A DNA stretch of 64,000 nt from an uncultured virus (IMG/VR IMGVR_UViG_3300017714_000003) (Duplodnaviria; Heunggongvirae; Uroviricota; Caudoviricetes). Positions 1-9,731 of this stretch are shown one piece after another. The notes under the pieces are model-generated. The model was given only the letters and a program-made list of their open reading frames with translations. It had not been told where the DNA came from and did no database searches. Location: IMG/VR virus record IMGVR_UViG_3300017714_000003; one strand, given 5' to 3'. The stretch's first letter is position 1. Each line of letters opens with the position of its first letter. Position numbers and translations under genes: made by a program.

Positions 1-452
1 GCAAGACCTAATGCACCTATTCCTAGTACTTTAATAAAACTACCCATATCTACACCAGTCATTTCTAATATGCCGGCAAAAATAGCAGTTTGTTCAATAG
101 CAGAAAACGAACCGAATGCACCTGCTAATGCAGTTATATTTGTTAATGTTGGATTTAATCCAATACTTGTAAAATTGTTTATTATACCTGTACTGTTATC
201 TGCTCTTGCTATATAAGGATTAGAAAAATTGTTTCCAGCTAACTCACTGGCAATAGTTGATAATGCAGATTGTCTATTAAACTGTTCTTGCTTTGCTAAT
301 AAGGCCGCTTGTTGTCCTGGTGTTAACGATGTAGAAGATGTTGCACTATAATATTGTGCAGGTGTAGTGTTTATATTAGAGAATGTAAATTGACCTCCGC
401 CTCTATTTACAAATTCCTGATATAGTCTTTCGATTTCTGCTTCACTGGCCAT
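1..452 (-). CDS. hypothetical protein, probably virion/baseplate; runs off the left edge of the window
   Basis: ATG at 452 after a GGAG RBS; open frame MASEAEIERLYQEFVNRGGGQFTF... to the edge; follows the PAAR gene; not in the ORF track. Confidence 0.7.
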   Translation of the reverse strand, partial: MASEAEIERLYQEFVNRGGGQFTFSNINTTPAQYYSATSSTSLTPGQQAALLAKQEQFNRQSALSTIASELAGNNFSNPYIARADNSTGIINNFTSIGLNPTLTNITALAGAFGSFSAIEQTAIFAGILEMTGVDMGSFIKVLGIGALGL

Positions 453-461
453 CCTCAACTC

Positions 462-752
462 CTAACCATTTACGATAACATTGCCTGAGCCTGATGCTAC
501 CTTAATACCGCAACTAAACGCATCACCAATTCTGCCTAATGGTTTACCATTGACAATTACATTTGGTGATCCTGCAGATAGTGGAGTAACGTGAGGTACA
601 CATAAAATATAACCGTGTGGTGTATCTTTGTCCGTAACTCTAAATGCATTCAGTCCATTGATAATAACATTATCAGAACCCATATCACATTTACCTGGAC
701 TACAGGGTGAGTGTGCAGTTGTGCTATCTGTTGTTCTTGCGGCTCCCGGCAT
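462..752 (-). CDS. PAAR-repeat spike tip protein (T4 gp5.4-like)
   Basis: PGAAR, GSxNVIxNG repeats, GRIGD..SCG..VASGSGNV. Confidence 0.9.
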   Translation of the reverse strand: MPGAARTTDSTTAHSPCSPGKCDMGSDNVIINGLNAFRVTDKDTPHGYILCVPHVTPLSAGSPNVIVNGKPLGRIGDAFSCGIKVASGSGNVIVNG

Positions 753-1057
753 TACGTAATTAATCCTTTATCTGGCGTTACTAATCCACTTGTTGCAGAT
801 TGATAAGCCTTTGTTGTTTCTTTGTTTGTTTGTAAAACTGAAACTATCTTATCAGAATATAGAACTACTTCATTTTCACTATCACCTGTTACAGTAAATG
901 GCTGAAATGAAATTTGCTTTCCATATACCAGTGTTAATGGTTTTTTTAGAATAAAATATTCTCCACTTTCACTAACAAACTTCCCTAATAATTCTTGTCC
1001 ACCTACCATTACTAGTGTGACAATATCATCTTTATCGTATCTTTTTTGTTTTAACAT
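752..1057 (-). CDS. hypothetical protein (small beta-rich, possibly Sm-like)
   Basis: ORF with late promoter at 1069-1076; TAATG-coupled to PAAR. Confidence 0.6.
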   Translation of the reverse strand: MLKQKRYDKDDIVTLVMVGGQELLGKFVSESGEYFILKKPLTLVYGKQISFQPFTVTGDSENEVVLYSDKIVSVLQTNKETTKAYQSATSGLVTPDKGLIT

Positions 1058-1095
1058 TTGCTTTCTCGTATTTATCTAGTTAATTATGTATGTAT

Positions 1096-1536
1096 TTATT
1101 TCCGATCCTTAAGTGTCGAAATAATCTTCATTCTATCAAATTTTTCCATAATATGCAAGTCTTTTTTGTGTTCTTCATACTTACATACTTTCCCATCTGA
1201 CCTGTTTAACACATATCCATCTACATATGCAACCAAATACATATCACCATAGAACATGTCATGTATTAACCATAACTCAACATCTTTACTCGGATATGCA
1301 AAATCTAAAGTAAAGTAACATGCCAGACCATTACCACTGAGTGTATACCAACCTTCATTGATATATTCCCAAATATCTGGCCAAGTATACATATCATCAT
1401 AATTGAATCCATGGACTGCTGGATTCAATTTATTGAACCAATCCATAGTATCTTGTAGTTGCTTTTGTGTGAAGTTTTCTTGTAGTTTTAGTCTAATCTG
1501 TCGCCACTCATAAAGCAAAGTAGCTTTATCTTGCAT
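1096..1536 (-). CDS. hypothetical protein
   Basis: 146-aa ORF packed directly after the fibre-like gene. Confidence 0.65.
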   Translation of the reverse strand: MQDKATLLYEWRQIRLKLQENFTQKQLQDTMDWFNKLNPAVHGFNYDDMYTWPDIWEYINEGWYTLSGNGLACYFTLDFAYPSKDVELWLIHDMFYGDMYLVAYVDGYVLNRSDGKVCKYEEHKKDLHIMEKFDRMKIISTLKDRK

Positions 1537-1537
1537 A

Positions 1538-3400
1538 TTACATTGTCCATCTTTTAACCGTAAAACTTATATTTGTCTCAAAGTCGTAATCTTGTGTAAA
1601 TTTAAATATGACATCATCACCAACTATAGTAGCAGTGAAAGTTATGTTTGAAAATTCATCAGCTTCCGCAATATTGTCACCATCGTCTTGCCAAATTTCT
1701 GTGTTATCATCACTTAATTTTACTTGATTGATACCTTGAGGCACACCATTAATTGCTTTTATCTGTCCAACTCTTACATATGTATTAGTTGCATCTGCTT
1801 GTTTTAGCGAGTAATCAATAAAAAATGATGTACAATCGTTTTTAGGGTATTTTAAAAATGTACCTTGATTTGTAATTGCAGAACCTTGGTTTGTTTCTGC
1901 CGCTACTTGACTAGTAGCAGTGAAAGTATCACCTACTGCATATGTTACGCCAGTTGTTCCTGCTACTGTATTCCAATTTGCTTGGGCATCAGTATTTGTA
2001 CCAACAACTAATATCTTATATTCTAAACCAGTCTCTAACTTATCAGGACCGTGTTGTCTTTGCTTTAATTCTTTGTTGAATAAACTTGAACGTAGACCTG
2101 TTGAGGCATCTAAAGCCTCTAAATGTTGGTCTGCAAACATTTGATTAAATGAGTTTTCTGTTACTACTTCTACATTACGTCTTGCACCTGCATATCTGTT
2201 TACACGAAAATCAGAACCACCTGTGATATGTGGAGCAACTGTAACCAATGATGATAAATCTGTTACTACATCGGCAGTGTCAACTGTTTCATATATAAAT
2301 GCACCGTTATCAGAAAAATTAACTTTTAGTGTGTCAACTCTTGCGTTTTCATCTACGTCAACGTTTTCATTATATTCAATAGTAACTGTACCAATTGCTG
2401 GAGCAGTAGTAAATTTTATTTCTTCTACGACACCATTATAGTTTGCATGATTTTGGTCATAGATTTCATAATCTGCTGGAGTTGCCAATACATTTCCGCC
2501 ACTGTCTTTAACTACAACACTTGATGGTGCTGGGTCTGGATAAGTTAACAAATTAAATTGTGTTTCTGTTCCATCACCTGTTAGTGTACTTGTTGAACCA
2601 ATTTGTTCTTGTTGAACTTTACCATCTGCAATAGGTGTAGCAAAAGTAATAGTATACTTTTTATTAGTACTATCGTATACATATGTATAATCTGCATTTG
2701 CTCTAGTTAACTGATATTCTGCATCTACCCCATTATTAACATCTATAGTTTCAGGAATATAATAATCATCTGGTAATAAAGCTGGATCACTTATCTCTAC
2801 TGAACTAACAGGAGTGATTAGTGGATCACTTGCATCGTTGATATCTGCCGTAAGAGTTTTTGTTACATCAGCTACTCCTCTGAATCCGCCTGGTGTATAA
2901 AATTGACCAACTTCATCAAATCGTCCTGATTCACTTATTTTTACTGTAACCTCAGTAGTAGTGGCTGTAACAGTTGTAGAAAGAATTTCACCTGTTTCAT
3001 AAATTACATATTGAGCAGGATCTGTTAATTCTTTATTATATTTTTGATTTAAAGTATGACCGGGTGTAAATGTTGTTGATATCGTATCAAATGTAATTGT
3101 CTGTACAAAGAAATTCATTGCATCAAGTAATGCATCAACATCTGTTACTTGACGAATAACTAGGTCTTCATCAACTTTTAATCCAGGTTCTGGATTATCT
3201 GCACTGTCTAACCAAGATTGAATAACTGATTGTGCGTTTGCAAATGGATCAAAACGTACTTCGTTTATTGCTTTATCTATACCAATGTATAATTGATTAG
3301 TATCAGTAGCAAAACCCATTTCGCCAGTTTCAAGGGTATCGTTGCCAATTTCATTTCTGAATCCGCGTCTTAATAAGATTTTAACATTTGTTGTAGCCAT
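1538..3400 (-). CDS. virion structural/fibre protein with Mtd/hyaluronidase-like N-terminal motif
   Basis: KILLRRG...LETGEMGFATDTNQLYIG N-terminus; Thr/Asp-rich beta segments (GDGTETQF); late promoter 3425-3432 and AGGAG RBS. Confidence 0.7.
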   Translation of the reverse strand: MATTNVKILLRRGFRNEIGNDTLETGEMGFATDTNQLYIGIDKAINEVRFDPFANAQSVIQSWLDSADNPEPGLKVDEDLVIRQVTDVDALLDAMNFFVQTITFDTISTTFTPGHTLNQKYNKELTDPAQYVIYETGEILSTTVTATTTEVTVKISESGRFDEVGQFYTPGGFRGVADVTKTLTADINDASDPLITPVSSVEISDPALLPDDYYIPETIDVNNGVDAEYQLTRANADYTYVYDSTNKKYTITFATPIADGKVQQEQIGSTSTLTGDGTETQFNLLTYPDPAPSSVVVKDSGGNVLATPADYEIYDQNHANYNGVVEEIKFTTAPAIGTVTIEYNENVDVDENARVDTLKVNFSDNGAFIYETVDTADVVTDLSSLVTVAPHITGGSDFRVNRYAGARRNVEVVTENSFNQMFADQHLEALDASTGLRSSLFNKELKQRQHGPDKLETGLEYKILVVGTNTDAQANWNTVAGTTGVTYAVGDTFTATSQVAAETNQGSAITNQGTFLKYPKNDCTSFFIDYSLKQADATNTYVRVGQIKAINGVPQGINQVKLSDDNTEIWQDDGDNIAEADEFSNITFTATIVGDDVIFKFTQDYDFETNISFTVKRWTM

Positions 3401-3417
3401 CTAAAAACTCCTAGTTA

Positions 3418-4107
3418 CTACATGTATTTATCAAAATACTCTTGAACCTTGTTCGCCCATTGCAGTGAATACTTATTAAATTCAGGTTCTTCTACGACAA
3501 ATTCTTGATAATTGCCTTTATTGTCTGCTTCTTCGTCCCAACCAATCATCATAATTACAATAGTTTTAATATCTGTTCCATGTATTTCATTGTGTGCGGC
3601 CGAATATGCGGCACCTTGTAAAAAGTAATCATCAATCCATTCACGTTTCTTTGGTTTACGAGAAGTCTTAAAGTCGATGATTGCAGGTTTACCTTTCCAT
3701 ACACCAACACAATCTGTGGTGCCTGCATATAATCCGGGATAATACAGAGGAACTTCTGTACCCCAAACTTCATCTACATTTGAGAGTCCTTTTTCAATAA
3801 CAATGTTTGATAATTCTTTTGCCATTTGATGAATAAGATTAGATCCATTTGGTCTATCTTCTTCAAGTATAAATTTTTCGATATGTAAGTGAACTTGTGT
3901 GCCTATGCCTGTAGCAAGTTTCATAATGCGATTTGCTTCATCATCGCCTACTCTTTTACGCCATTCATGTAATGCTGTTTTGTCTTTAAGTGCATCTAGT
4001 ACTGTAGTTACACTTGGCAATGGTTTGCCTCCGGGTGTCTGATAATGGCGGGAACCATCAATATTGACACGCTCAAGCGATTGATATTTAAATTTTTCAT
4101 TTAGCAT
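3418..4107 (-). CDS. PD-(D/E)XK exonuclease (Cas4/RecB-like)
   Basis: LPSVTTVL, GTQVH, YAGTTD, IIDFKTS, YFLQGAAY motifs. Confidence 0.85.
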   Translation of the reverse strand: MLNEKFKYQSLERVNIDGSRHYQTPGGKPLPSVTTVLDALKDKTALHEWRKRVGDDEANRIMKLATGIGTQVHLHIEKFILEEDRPNGSNLIHQMAKELSNIVIEKGLSNVDEVWGTEVPLYYPGLYAGTTDCVGVWKGKPAIIDFKTSRKPKKREWIDDYFLQGAAYSAAHNEIHGTDIKTIVIMMIGWDEEADNKGNYQEFVVEEPEFNKYSLQWANKVQEYFDKYM

Positions 4108-4142
4108 ACTTATAGTATACTATAAAAACTTAAACAATGCAA
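4108..4142 (-). promoter_or_regulatory. sigma70-type promoter, leaderless geometry
   Basis: TTGCAT-17-TATACT-6 nt-ATG, no SD. Confidence 0.75.
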
Positions 4143-4149
4143 GAGAAAC

Positions 4150-4593
4150 TTATAGATTTTCGTTGATTTGTTTAATTAAATCTGCTTTAGTTTTTCTACG
4201 GTCTAGTGCTAAACCTAGATTTTCATCAGCCCACATATCAATTTCTTTTTTAGTCATTGAATTGAAATCTGGTCTTTGTCCAAGTGATACAGATTTAGAA
4301 GCCATTACTTCTTCTTTTTCTGCTCTTGCTTCAACAATAATCTCAGGTGTTTCGATAACTTCTTTCTCAGCTATTTCACGTTCTTCTCTAACTGAAACTG
4401 CTTTTTTCGTAGCTACTCTTTGCATGAATTCACGGTGTCTTTTAGCACTGGCGATTTCTTTACGAATTTCTTTTTGAGAATCGGTCATTTTTTCCATACC
4501 GTCTTTAGCATTATTTTCGATATCCTGAGCGACCTTATTTGCCATTTCTTTTTTAGAAATAATTTTATGTTCGCCTTTTACAATTAAGCCCAT
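4150..4593 (-). CDS. hypothetical protein with C-terminal Rho-N/HeH-like motif
   Basis: C-terminal DFNSMTKKEID..A...LGLALDRRKTKADLI. Confidence 0.6.
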   Translation of the reverse strand: MGLIVKGEHKIISKKEMANKVAQDIENNAKDGMEKMTDSQKEIRKEIASAKRHREFMQRVATKKAVSVREEREIAEKEVIETPEIIVEARAEKEEVMASKSVSLGQRPDFNSMTKKEIDMWADENLGLALDRRKTKADLIKQINENL

Positions 4594-4916
4594 TATTTTA
4601 TCCTCTTATTCGCTGTTTTGATAGCAAGTTTTTTAACTTTCTCACTATCCTTTTCACCATCAGTTTTGCCGGATGGGGCTCCAGCTAAATCAATAGTGTC
4701 AACTGTTACTTTGCTAACATACTTACTGTTAGCTAACATATCTACTAAACTTTCGGGAGTAACACTGTACCCCATTTGAGTCAATTCGTCAACCATCATA
4801 TCAGTACCAACAGTACCAATATCATTTGCTTTTAATCTCACTAGATACGCATTTACATCGTTACGCATCTGTGCATTATAATTAGCATCTTCGCTTAACA
4901 GACTCGAAATTTTCAT
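4593..4916 (-). CDS. hypothetical protein, candidate internal head protein
   Basis: N-terminal MKISSLLSE; late operon. Confidence 0.6.
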   Translation of the reverse strand: MKISSLLSEDANYNAQMRNDVNAYLVRLKANDIGTVGTDMMVDELTQMGYSVTPESLVDMLANSKYVSKVTVDTIDLAGAPSGKTDGEKDSEKVKKLAIKTANKRIK

Positions 4917-4918
4917 TC

Positions 4919-5755
4919 TTAGTCTCTTTTCGCACGGCCAAGAGGTTCATCAACTTCACCTGATGCTGACTCATCGCCACCTGCAATATCGGCTGTGATA
5001 TCATCTTCCATATCTGCCTGCATATCGCCACCAAGTTCTGTATCAGTTGGTGCCATATCGCTTGCCGGTGCTTCACCTGAAAGAACTAGAGCCGCACTGT
5101 TTACTGAATCTTTTGCTGAACGAGCCGAGTCTAGTAAACTAGCAATCGCTGAATCAACAGAAGATTTAAATGTCTCTGCTTGGTCTGGTCCATGTGTGTA
5201 AGCCATTTCATCAGATAGTGGTCCTATCTGGTCGTTTTGAATTTTGCCTAATTTTTCGATAACGTCTTGTAGTTCATCTACGATACCACGTGCCGCCATT
5301 GTAATTTCAGCCTCAGCCGCATCACCTTCTAGTAGTTTGTTCAACTGGTCTAAAAGACTTTCTTCTAAATTTTCATTAGAAACCTCGGCAGATTTTTTAT
5401 CTGTGTTTTCCATTTTTGGTTCCTTTGTTTTAGTGTTTTCTTCGGCCTTCTTGGCGTGAACTGCTTTACGTTGAGCATCACTGACATACTTGTGTTTTCC
5501 ACCTTCGTCTAGTGTTTGCTCTTTGTGTGCTTTTAACAATGATTTTACTGTTTCTAGCATCATCATAGTCTCTACATACTCACGATTTTGATAGTCTGAA
5601 CGCATTTCACGTTTCTTAGCTTCCAGCTTATCTTTAGCCTCGCTTAATGATTCTAAGTCACCTTCAACTGAATAATTGAAGTTAGACTTTAGATAGTCAT
5701 TTAATTTTGACGATACTATTATAGTATCTGTTTTAAAAAAGTTTGTACTTCTCAT
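4919..5755 (-). CDS. acidic coiled-coil protein, candidate prohead core/scaffold
   Basis: E/D/A-rich helical sequence with many L-x-E sites, basic C-terminal LGRAKRD; late promoter 5794-5801. Confidence 0.55.
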   Translation of the reverse strand: MRSTNFFKTDTIIVSSKLNDYLKSNFNYSVEGDLESLSEAKDKLEAKKREMRSDYQNREYVETMMMLETVKSLLKAHKEQTLDEGGKHKYVSDAQRKAVHAKKAEENTKTKEPKMENTDKKSAEVSNENLEESLLDQLNKLLEGDAAEAEITMAARGIVDELQDVIEKLGKIQNDQIGPLSDEMAYTHGPDQAETFKSSVDSAIASLLDSARSAKDSVNSAALVLSGEAPASDMAPTDTELGGDMQADMEDDITADIAGGDESASGEVDEPLGRAKRD

Positions 5756-5809
5756 GGTAATTGCCCCATTACATAATATGTGTTTATATTATGTATTTAT
5801 CTTTTTAAA

Positions 5810-6451
5810 TTAAATTAGTGGTTTTTGATTAGACACAGCCTCATATATCTCATTTACTTGCTTTTTTGCGTTCCAGGCTTCTGCTTTTGCTCTGCTAAAT
5901 CTAGCTTCTGCAATGTCCATCTTGCCTAAATCACCACGCTTTTTTGCTTGTTTATAAGTATTTTTATGCTGTAAAGCATCGAAATAGAATTTTTCGAATA
6001 CTGCATTTGTTGAAATAACCTTAGTTATCTCTTGTGAATTAATCTTTTTACCTTCATTTAAATGATGTACAATCACATATGCTGTCTCATATGCTCTTAA
6101 ATCTTCAAATAGAGTATCATTTGTTCTACTGTCTACAATATTAAATGATGTTTCAGGAGTTTTTTCTACAGAATATAAACCTACCTGTACTCCTTTTTCG
6201 GTTTTTTTCGACTCATTAATTGTTGTTGCAACTTTCTGTGCAACATTAGATGTAGCACTCTGGAAATTTCTCATAATATTTTCCATTGCTTTGATGTCCG
6301 CAGTTTTTACACCAGGACTTACATCCACTATCTCGTTCCCACCCTGAGATTGTTGTGCTTCTGTCTGTGCTTTTAATCCACTCTTATCGCCATTTAATGC
6401 TTTAAGAAGATTTGCCATTGCACCTACATCCGCTCTATTTGGTCCAGTCAT
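5810..6451 (-). CDS. hypothetical protein (late region)
   Basis: 213-aa ORF with GGAGG RBS. Confidence 0.7.
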   Translation of the reverse strand: MTGPNRADVGAMANLLKALNGDKSGLKAQTEAQQSQGGNEIVDVSPGVKTADIKAMENIMRNFQSATSNVAQKVATTINESKKTEKGVQVGLYSVEKTPETSFNIVDSRTNDTLFEDLRAYETAYVIVHHLNEGKKINSQEITKVISTNAVFEKFYFDALQHKNTYKQAKKRGDLGKMDIAEARFSRAKAEAWNAKKQVNEIYEAVSNQKPLI

Positions 6452-6462
6452 TTTGTCCTCCG

Positions 6463-6657
6463 TTATACAGTCCTATACCCTCTGAGTGAAGGTACAAGAA
6501 CACCTTTGTGTGATAGTCTTTCTGCAACTACCTGTTCTCTTTCAGATAATTGAGATTCATGTACGTATTGATTTTCTGAAAAGTACTTAAGAAATAAATC
6601 ACTTTCTTCCTCAGTAATCATTACATAAATTCCGCCTAAAACTTCTTGCAATCTCAT
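6463..6657 (-). CDS. hypothetical protein
   Basis: 64-aa ORF packed in the operon, MRLQEVL start. Confidence 0.6.
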   Translation of the reverse strand: MRLQEVLGGIYVMITEEESDLFLKYFSENQYVHESQLSEREQVVAERLSHKGVLVPSLRGYRTV

Positions 6658-6661
6658 AAAA

Positions 6662-7543
6662 CTATTTCCCTTGATTTAGTTTATTTAATAAATTTCTAAA
6701 CTGTGTTGCAGTTTTTGGATCTGCCGCTAATTGGTCAACTGATGCCGCTTGTTGGGCCATTGCTTTACGTTGAATTGGTGTAAGTGTTTTACCTTGTCCT
6801 GCTTTGTCTAATGCATCTGCCGCCTGTTGTGCAGTAGCACCACCTAAATTCTTTTTACCTAATCTCTGCATTGCTTGTGCTTTTTTAGTTTTATTTTGTG
6901 GAGACGTATCTTGTCCTTGTTGTTGAGCCGCCGCTGATTGTTGTGCTTGAGCACCTCTCATTTCGCCCGGAGACATTGTTCCACCTTGATTATATTCATT
7001 CACTGGATAATACTTATCTAATATTTTCCAGTACTCATCATAGTCGTAAACTCTATCATCAACTTCTACATCCATTGGATATGCATCAAAATGTTTTTTG
7101 TGGTCGTCAACATAATCTTTAATATCTGCCGCGATTTGTTTTTCGTCTTCGTTTACTTCTTCTGTTTCTTCATTCATAAATTTAACTGGTACTGAAATAG
7201 TTGCACCTGACTCAGGATCTAAAATAACCATACGTTCTTCACCTGGTGTGTCATTTTTAAAATCTTTATGAATTTTTTTGAATTCTTCTGGAGATATTAG
7301 GGATACTTTTCCATCATAATAATACTTTGATTCACCCATACCAAGACCTAAAATGTCTCTAGCAGTTTCCATTTGTGTATCTCTAACTGCTTTAATAAGT
7401 TCAATGTATTGTCTGAAATCTAAAGTCTTTAATCTTTCACGTACAACTTCTTCTTTCTCACCAACTAAATCTGCAATGTCGGCAATCTTATCATTTATAC
7501 TTTCTGTTCTCATAGACTCTTTGATTTTATTTTTTAAATCCAT
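6662..7543 (-). CDS. hypothetical protein, candidate internal head protein
   Basis: GAGG RBS; repeated INE/VNE-type motifs; Q/A-rich C-terminus. Confidence 0.6.
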   Translation of the reverse strand: MDLKNKIKESMRTESINDKIADIADLVGEKEEVVRERLKTLDFRQYIELIKAVRDTQMETARDILGLGMGESKYYYDGKVSLISPEEFKKIHKDFKNDTPGEERMVILDPESGATISVPVKFMNEETEEVNEDEKQIAADIKDYVDDHKKHFDAYPMDVEVDDRVYDYDEYWKILDKYYPVNEYNQGGTMSPGEMRGAQAQQSAAAQQQGQDTSPQNKTKKAQAMQRLGKKNLGGATAQQAADALDKAGQGKTLTPIQRKAMAQQAASVDQLAADPKTATQFRNLLNKLNQGK

Positions 7544-7555
7544 AATATCCTCTCT

Positions 7556-7834
7556 TTACCTTTTGTTCAACGTTTTTAAACGTCTACTTGCCGGGTTCAT
7601 TCTTCTTGTCATAGCTGATTTTCTTTTTAGTCTTGATCCCAGCTTTGCTTTAGTTCTTGCAAGAGTAAATCTCTTTTTAATATCAACTGGCTTAAAACAA
7701 GCAGTTGGGTTTGAAACAGTTTTACCCTTTAGTCTGCCAGATGAACATCTGTACTTACGTACAATCTGTCTGCCCTTTCTGGCATAAACTAGCTTGGCTT
7801 CTTCTACTGGCTGGAGTACTTCAAATACCTGCAT
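7556..7834 (-). CDS. small basic hypothetical protein
   Basis: acidic MQVFEVL..VEE leader, then K/R-rich body with two Cys. Confidence 0.65.
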   Translation of the reverse strand: MQVFEVLQPVEEAKLVYARKGRQIVRKYRCSSGRLKGKTVSNPTACFKPVDIKKRFTLARTKAKLGSRLKRKSAMTRRMNPASRRLKTLNKR

Positions 7835-8091
7835 TATAAACCTACCGATGTACCAAAAACAGTTGTCAATAAGGCTAATAACATAGTGGCAAATAATGTA
7901 GAACTTGCCCAGATAATAATTTTTTTAAGTTCTGAAAGACCTTCCTTAGTTTCAGAGGCATTCTTTTCGACTACACTTTCTAGTCTAGCAATGCTTGTAT
8001 CAAGGTTTTTAAATCGTTCATGAGCAACAGCCACATGAGTTTCTAAACTCTCTGTCTCTAACTGTGCTAATTTGCTATCAATTCCTGCCAT
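7834..8091 (-). CDS. coiled-coil protein with C-terminal transmembrane helix
   Basis: heptads then IIIWASSTLFATMLLALL; late promoter 8133-8140. Confidence 0.65.
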   Translation of the reverse strand: MAGIDSKLAQLETESLETHVAVAHERFKNLDTSIARLESVVEKNASETKEGLSELKKIIIWASSTLFATMLLALLTTVFGTSVGL

Positions 8092-8159
8092 AATAATAAC
8101 TCCAAACTAGGGAACTATAATCCCATTGTTTGTATTTATCATTTTAATTCAAAAATTTT

Positions 8160-8828
8160 TTATGCGAATTTAATGTAATCTTCTTTATTTGGCTTAGGTT
8201 CTCTTTCCCACATATTACCAACATGTGCAAAAGTATTATACCATTGATTTGTATGTAAATTAAGTGTTCTTTTTAGAGAAGAACCATGTCCTAGTCCTAG
8301 AGATACATAAACATCCTTTGCATCATCTACTCCTAGTTTATCTAGTATTACATTTGCATGTTCATATTCCCAATTAAAGCACTGACAATAGCCTGTATCT
8401 ATACCTTTTGCTTTAGCAGATAATATTATGTTAGCTGATGCTATACCAGTTTCCATAGCACTTGGTACAAATCTATTATAAAGTTGTGTCGAATAATCTA
8501 AATCAGGATATCCTGGTTGGTCTCCTGCTCTATTCCAATGTATTCCGTCTCTGCGTTTTAATATAATTAACCAAGGTGCTAAGACTTGAGTATTGTATTC
8601 TACCGGTGTCTTATATGGTTCTCTGATACAAAGTTCATTGAAATGATTTCTAAACTCTGTATCTGACCAATCGAATATTTGAATTTCGTATCTTACTAGA
8701 TTTTGTTTGGAAGCTGAACGTTTATGGACTTCATCCATAATAGATTCAACTGTATCTTTTGAAACTTCTTTTTCTAAATCCCAAGTAGTGGTTTGTACTC
8801 TGGATTCTATTAACTGATTCCAATCCAA
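8160..8828 (-). CDS. nitroreductase-family flavoprotein
   Basis: IESRVQT..W, SASKQN, ETGIASANIILSAKAKGIDTGYC motifs; GTG start after AGGAG. Confidence 0.75.
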   Translation of the reverse strand: MDWNQLIESRVQTTTWDLEKEVSKDTVESIMDEVHKRSASKQNLVRYEIQIFDWSDTEFRNHFNELCIREPYKTPVEYNTQVLAPWLIILKRRDGIHWNRAGDQPGYPDLDYSTQLYNRFVPSAMETGIASANIILSAKAKGIDTGYCQCFNWEYEHANVILDKLGVDDAKDVYVSLGLGHGSSLKRTLNLHTNQWYNTFAHVGNMWEREPKPNKEDYIKFA

Positions 8829-8843
8829 AGTGAACTCCTAGAA

Positions 8844-9236
8844 TTAAAGTATATCTGACATTACGTATTCGATATTCGAACCTTCTACTAACGTAACACC
8901 ATCGATAGTTACGTTTTCAAATAGTTCTTTAAGAACAGAAGTTGTATCTCCGTTTCTTTCAAATACTCTACCATGCTCTACTGCAAACTTAAATAAAAAT
9001 CCTGCGCCTGTTAACGACGGTGCTAGACCATTAAGTGTAACTGCGATTGGATTATTCATTATGATTGGCTGTGCAACCAATGAAATTAGGTTAACAACAT
9101 CATCAAGGTTTTGTTGTGTCTGGTCTGCTACACTACCTGTTGCAGTTATATCTAAACCACTAACATATAATGTATAAAAATTTATATTACCGCCTAAAGT
9201 TTCGCCTGCACTAGCGGCACCATGTATCTTTGCCAT
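8844..9236 (-). CDS. small virion protein, paralog of 9377-9640
   Basis: MAKIHG..SAG..L.GN.N.(Y/F)T N-terminus shared with neighbour; late promoter 9267-9274. Confidence 0.65.
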   Translation of the reverse strand: MAKIHGAASAGETLGGNINFYTLYVSGLDITATGSVADQTQQNLDDVVNLISLVAQPIIMNNPIAVTLNGLAPSLTGAGFLFKFAVEHGRVFERNGDTTSVLKELFENVTIDGVTLVEGSNIEYVMSDIL

Positions 9237-9297
9237 ATTGTTTTCTCCAATATTTAATTATATATGTATTTATCAAAGTGGTTGGTAAGTTAGAGGT

Positions 9298-9327
9298 AAA
9301 AAAAGACCCTCGTTAAAGGGTCTTTTT
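9298..9327. terminator. rho-independent terminator (bidirectional)
   Basis: A7-GACCCT-loop-AGGGTC-T5. Confidence 0.8.
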
Positions 9328-9376
9328 AAATACACGCAAAGTGTGGGTTGGACTGTTAAGTCCAGGGGGGTAAAAA

Positions 9377-9640
9377 TTAGTATGCGAAGTCGGCTACTGA
9401 GAAATCAGCACCTAGAGCCGCGTCTAAACCAGCGGCATCCCATGCGCCGTTGTTTTCTACTGCGATTCTTACATCGTTACCATCGATAGCACCAACTAGT
9501 ACTACTGTAGCACGTGTTCCTGCACCTTCGATTACTGCTTTCATGTCAGACGCCGCCATACCAGTCTTTGTCACTGTGAAGTGATTTAAGTTACCAGTAA
9601 GGAATTGACCTGCTGAATATGTTTCATGTACTTTTGCCAT
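9377..9640 (-). CDS. small virion protein, probably highly expressed; paralog of 8844-9236
   Basis: own late promoter 9701-9708, AGGAG RBS and terminator. Confidence 0.65.
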   Translation of the reverse strand: MAKVHETYSAGQFLTGNLNHFTVTKTGMAASDMKAVIEGAGTRATVVLVGAIDGNDVRIAVENNGAWDAAGLDAALGADFSVADFAY

Positions 9641-9731
9641 TTTAGTTCTCCTAAATAGATATTTCCTCGAGCATTATAAAATTGTATTGCTCTATGCTTT
9701 TATTTATCTTTTTTTGCAAAAAAGTGGGCGT

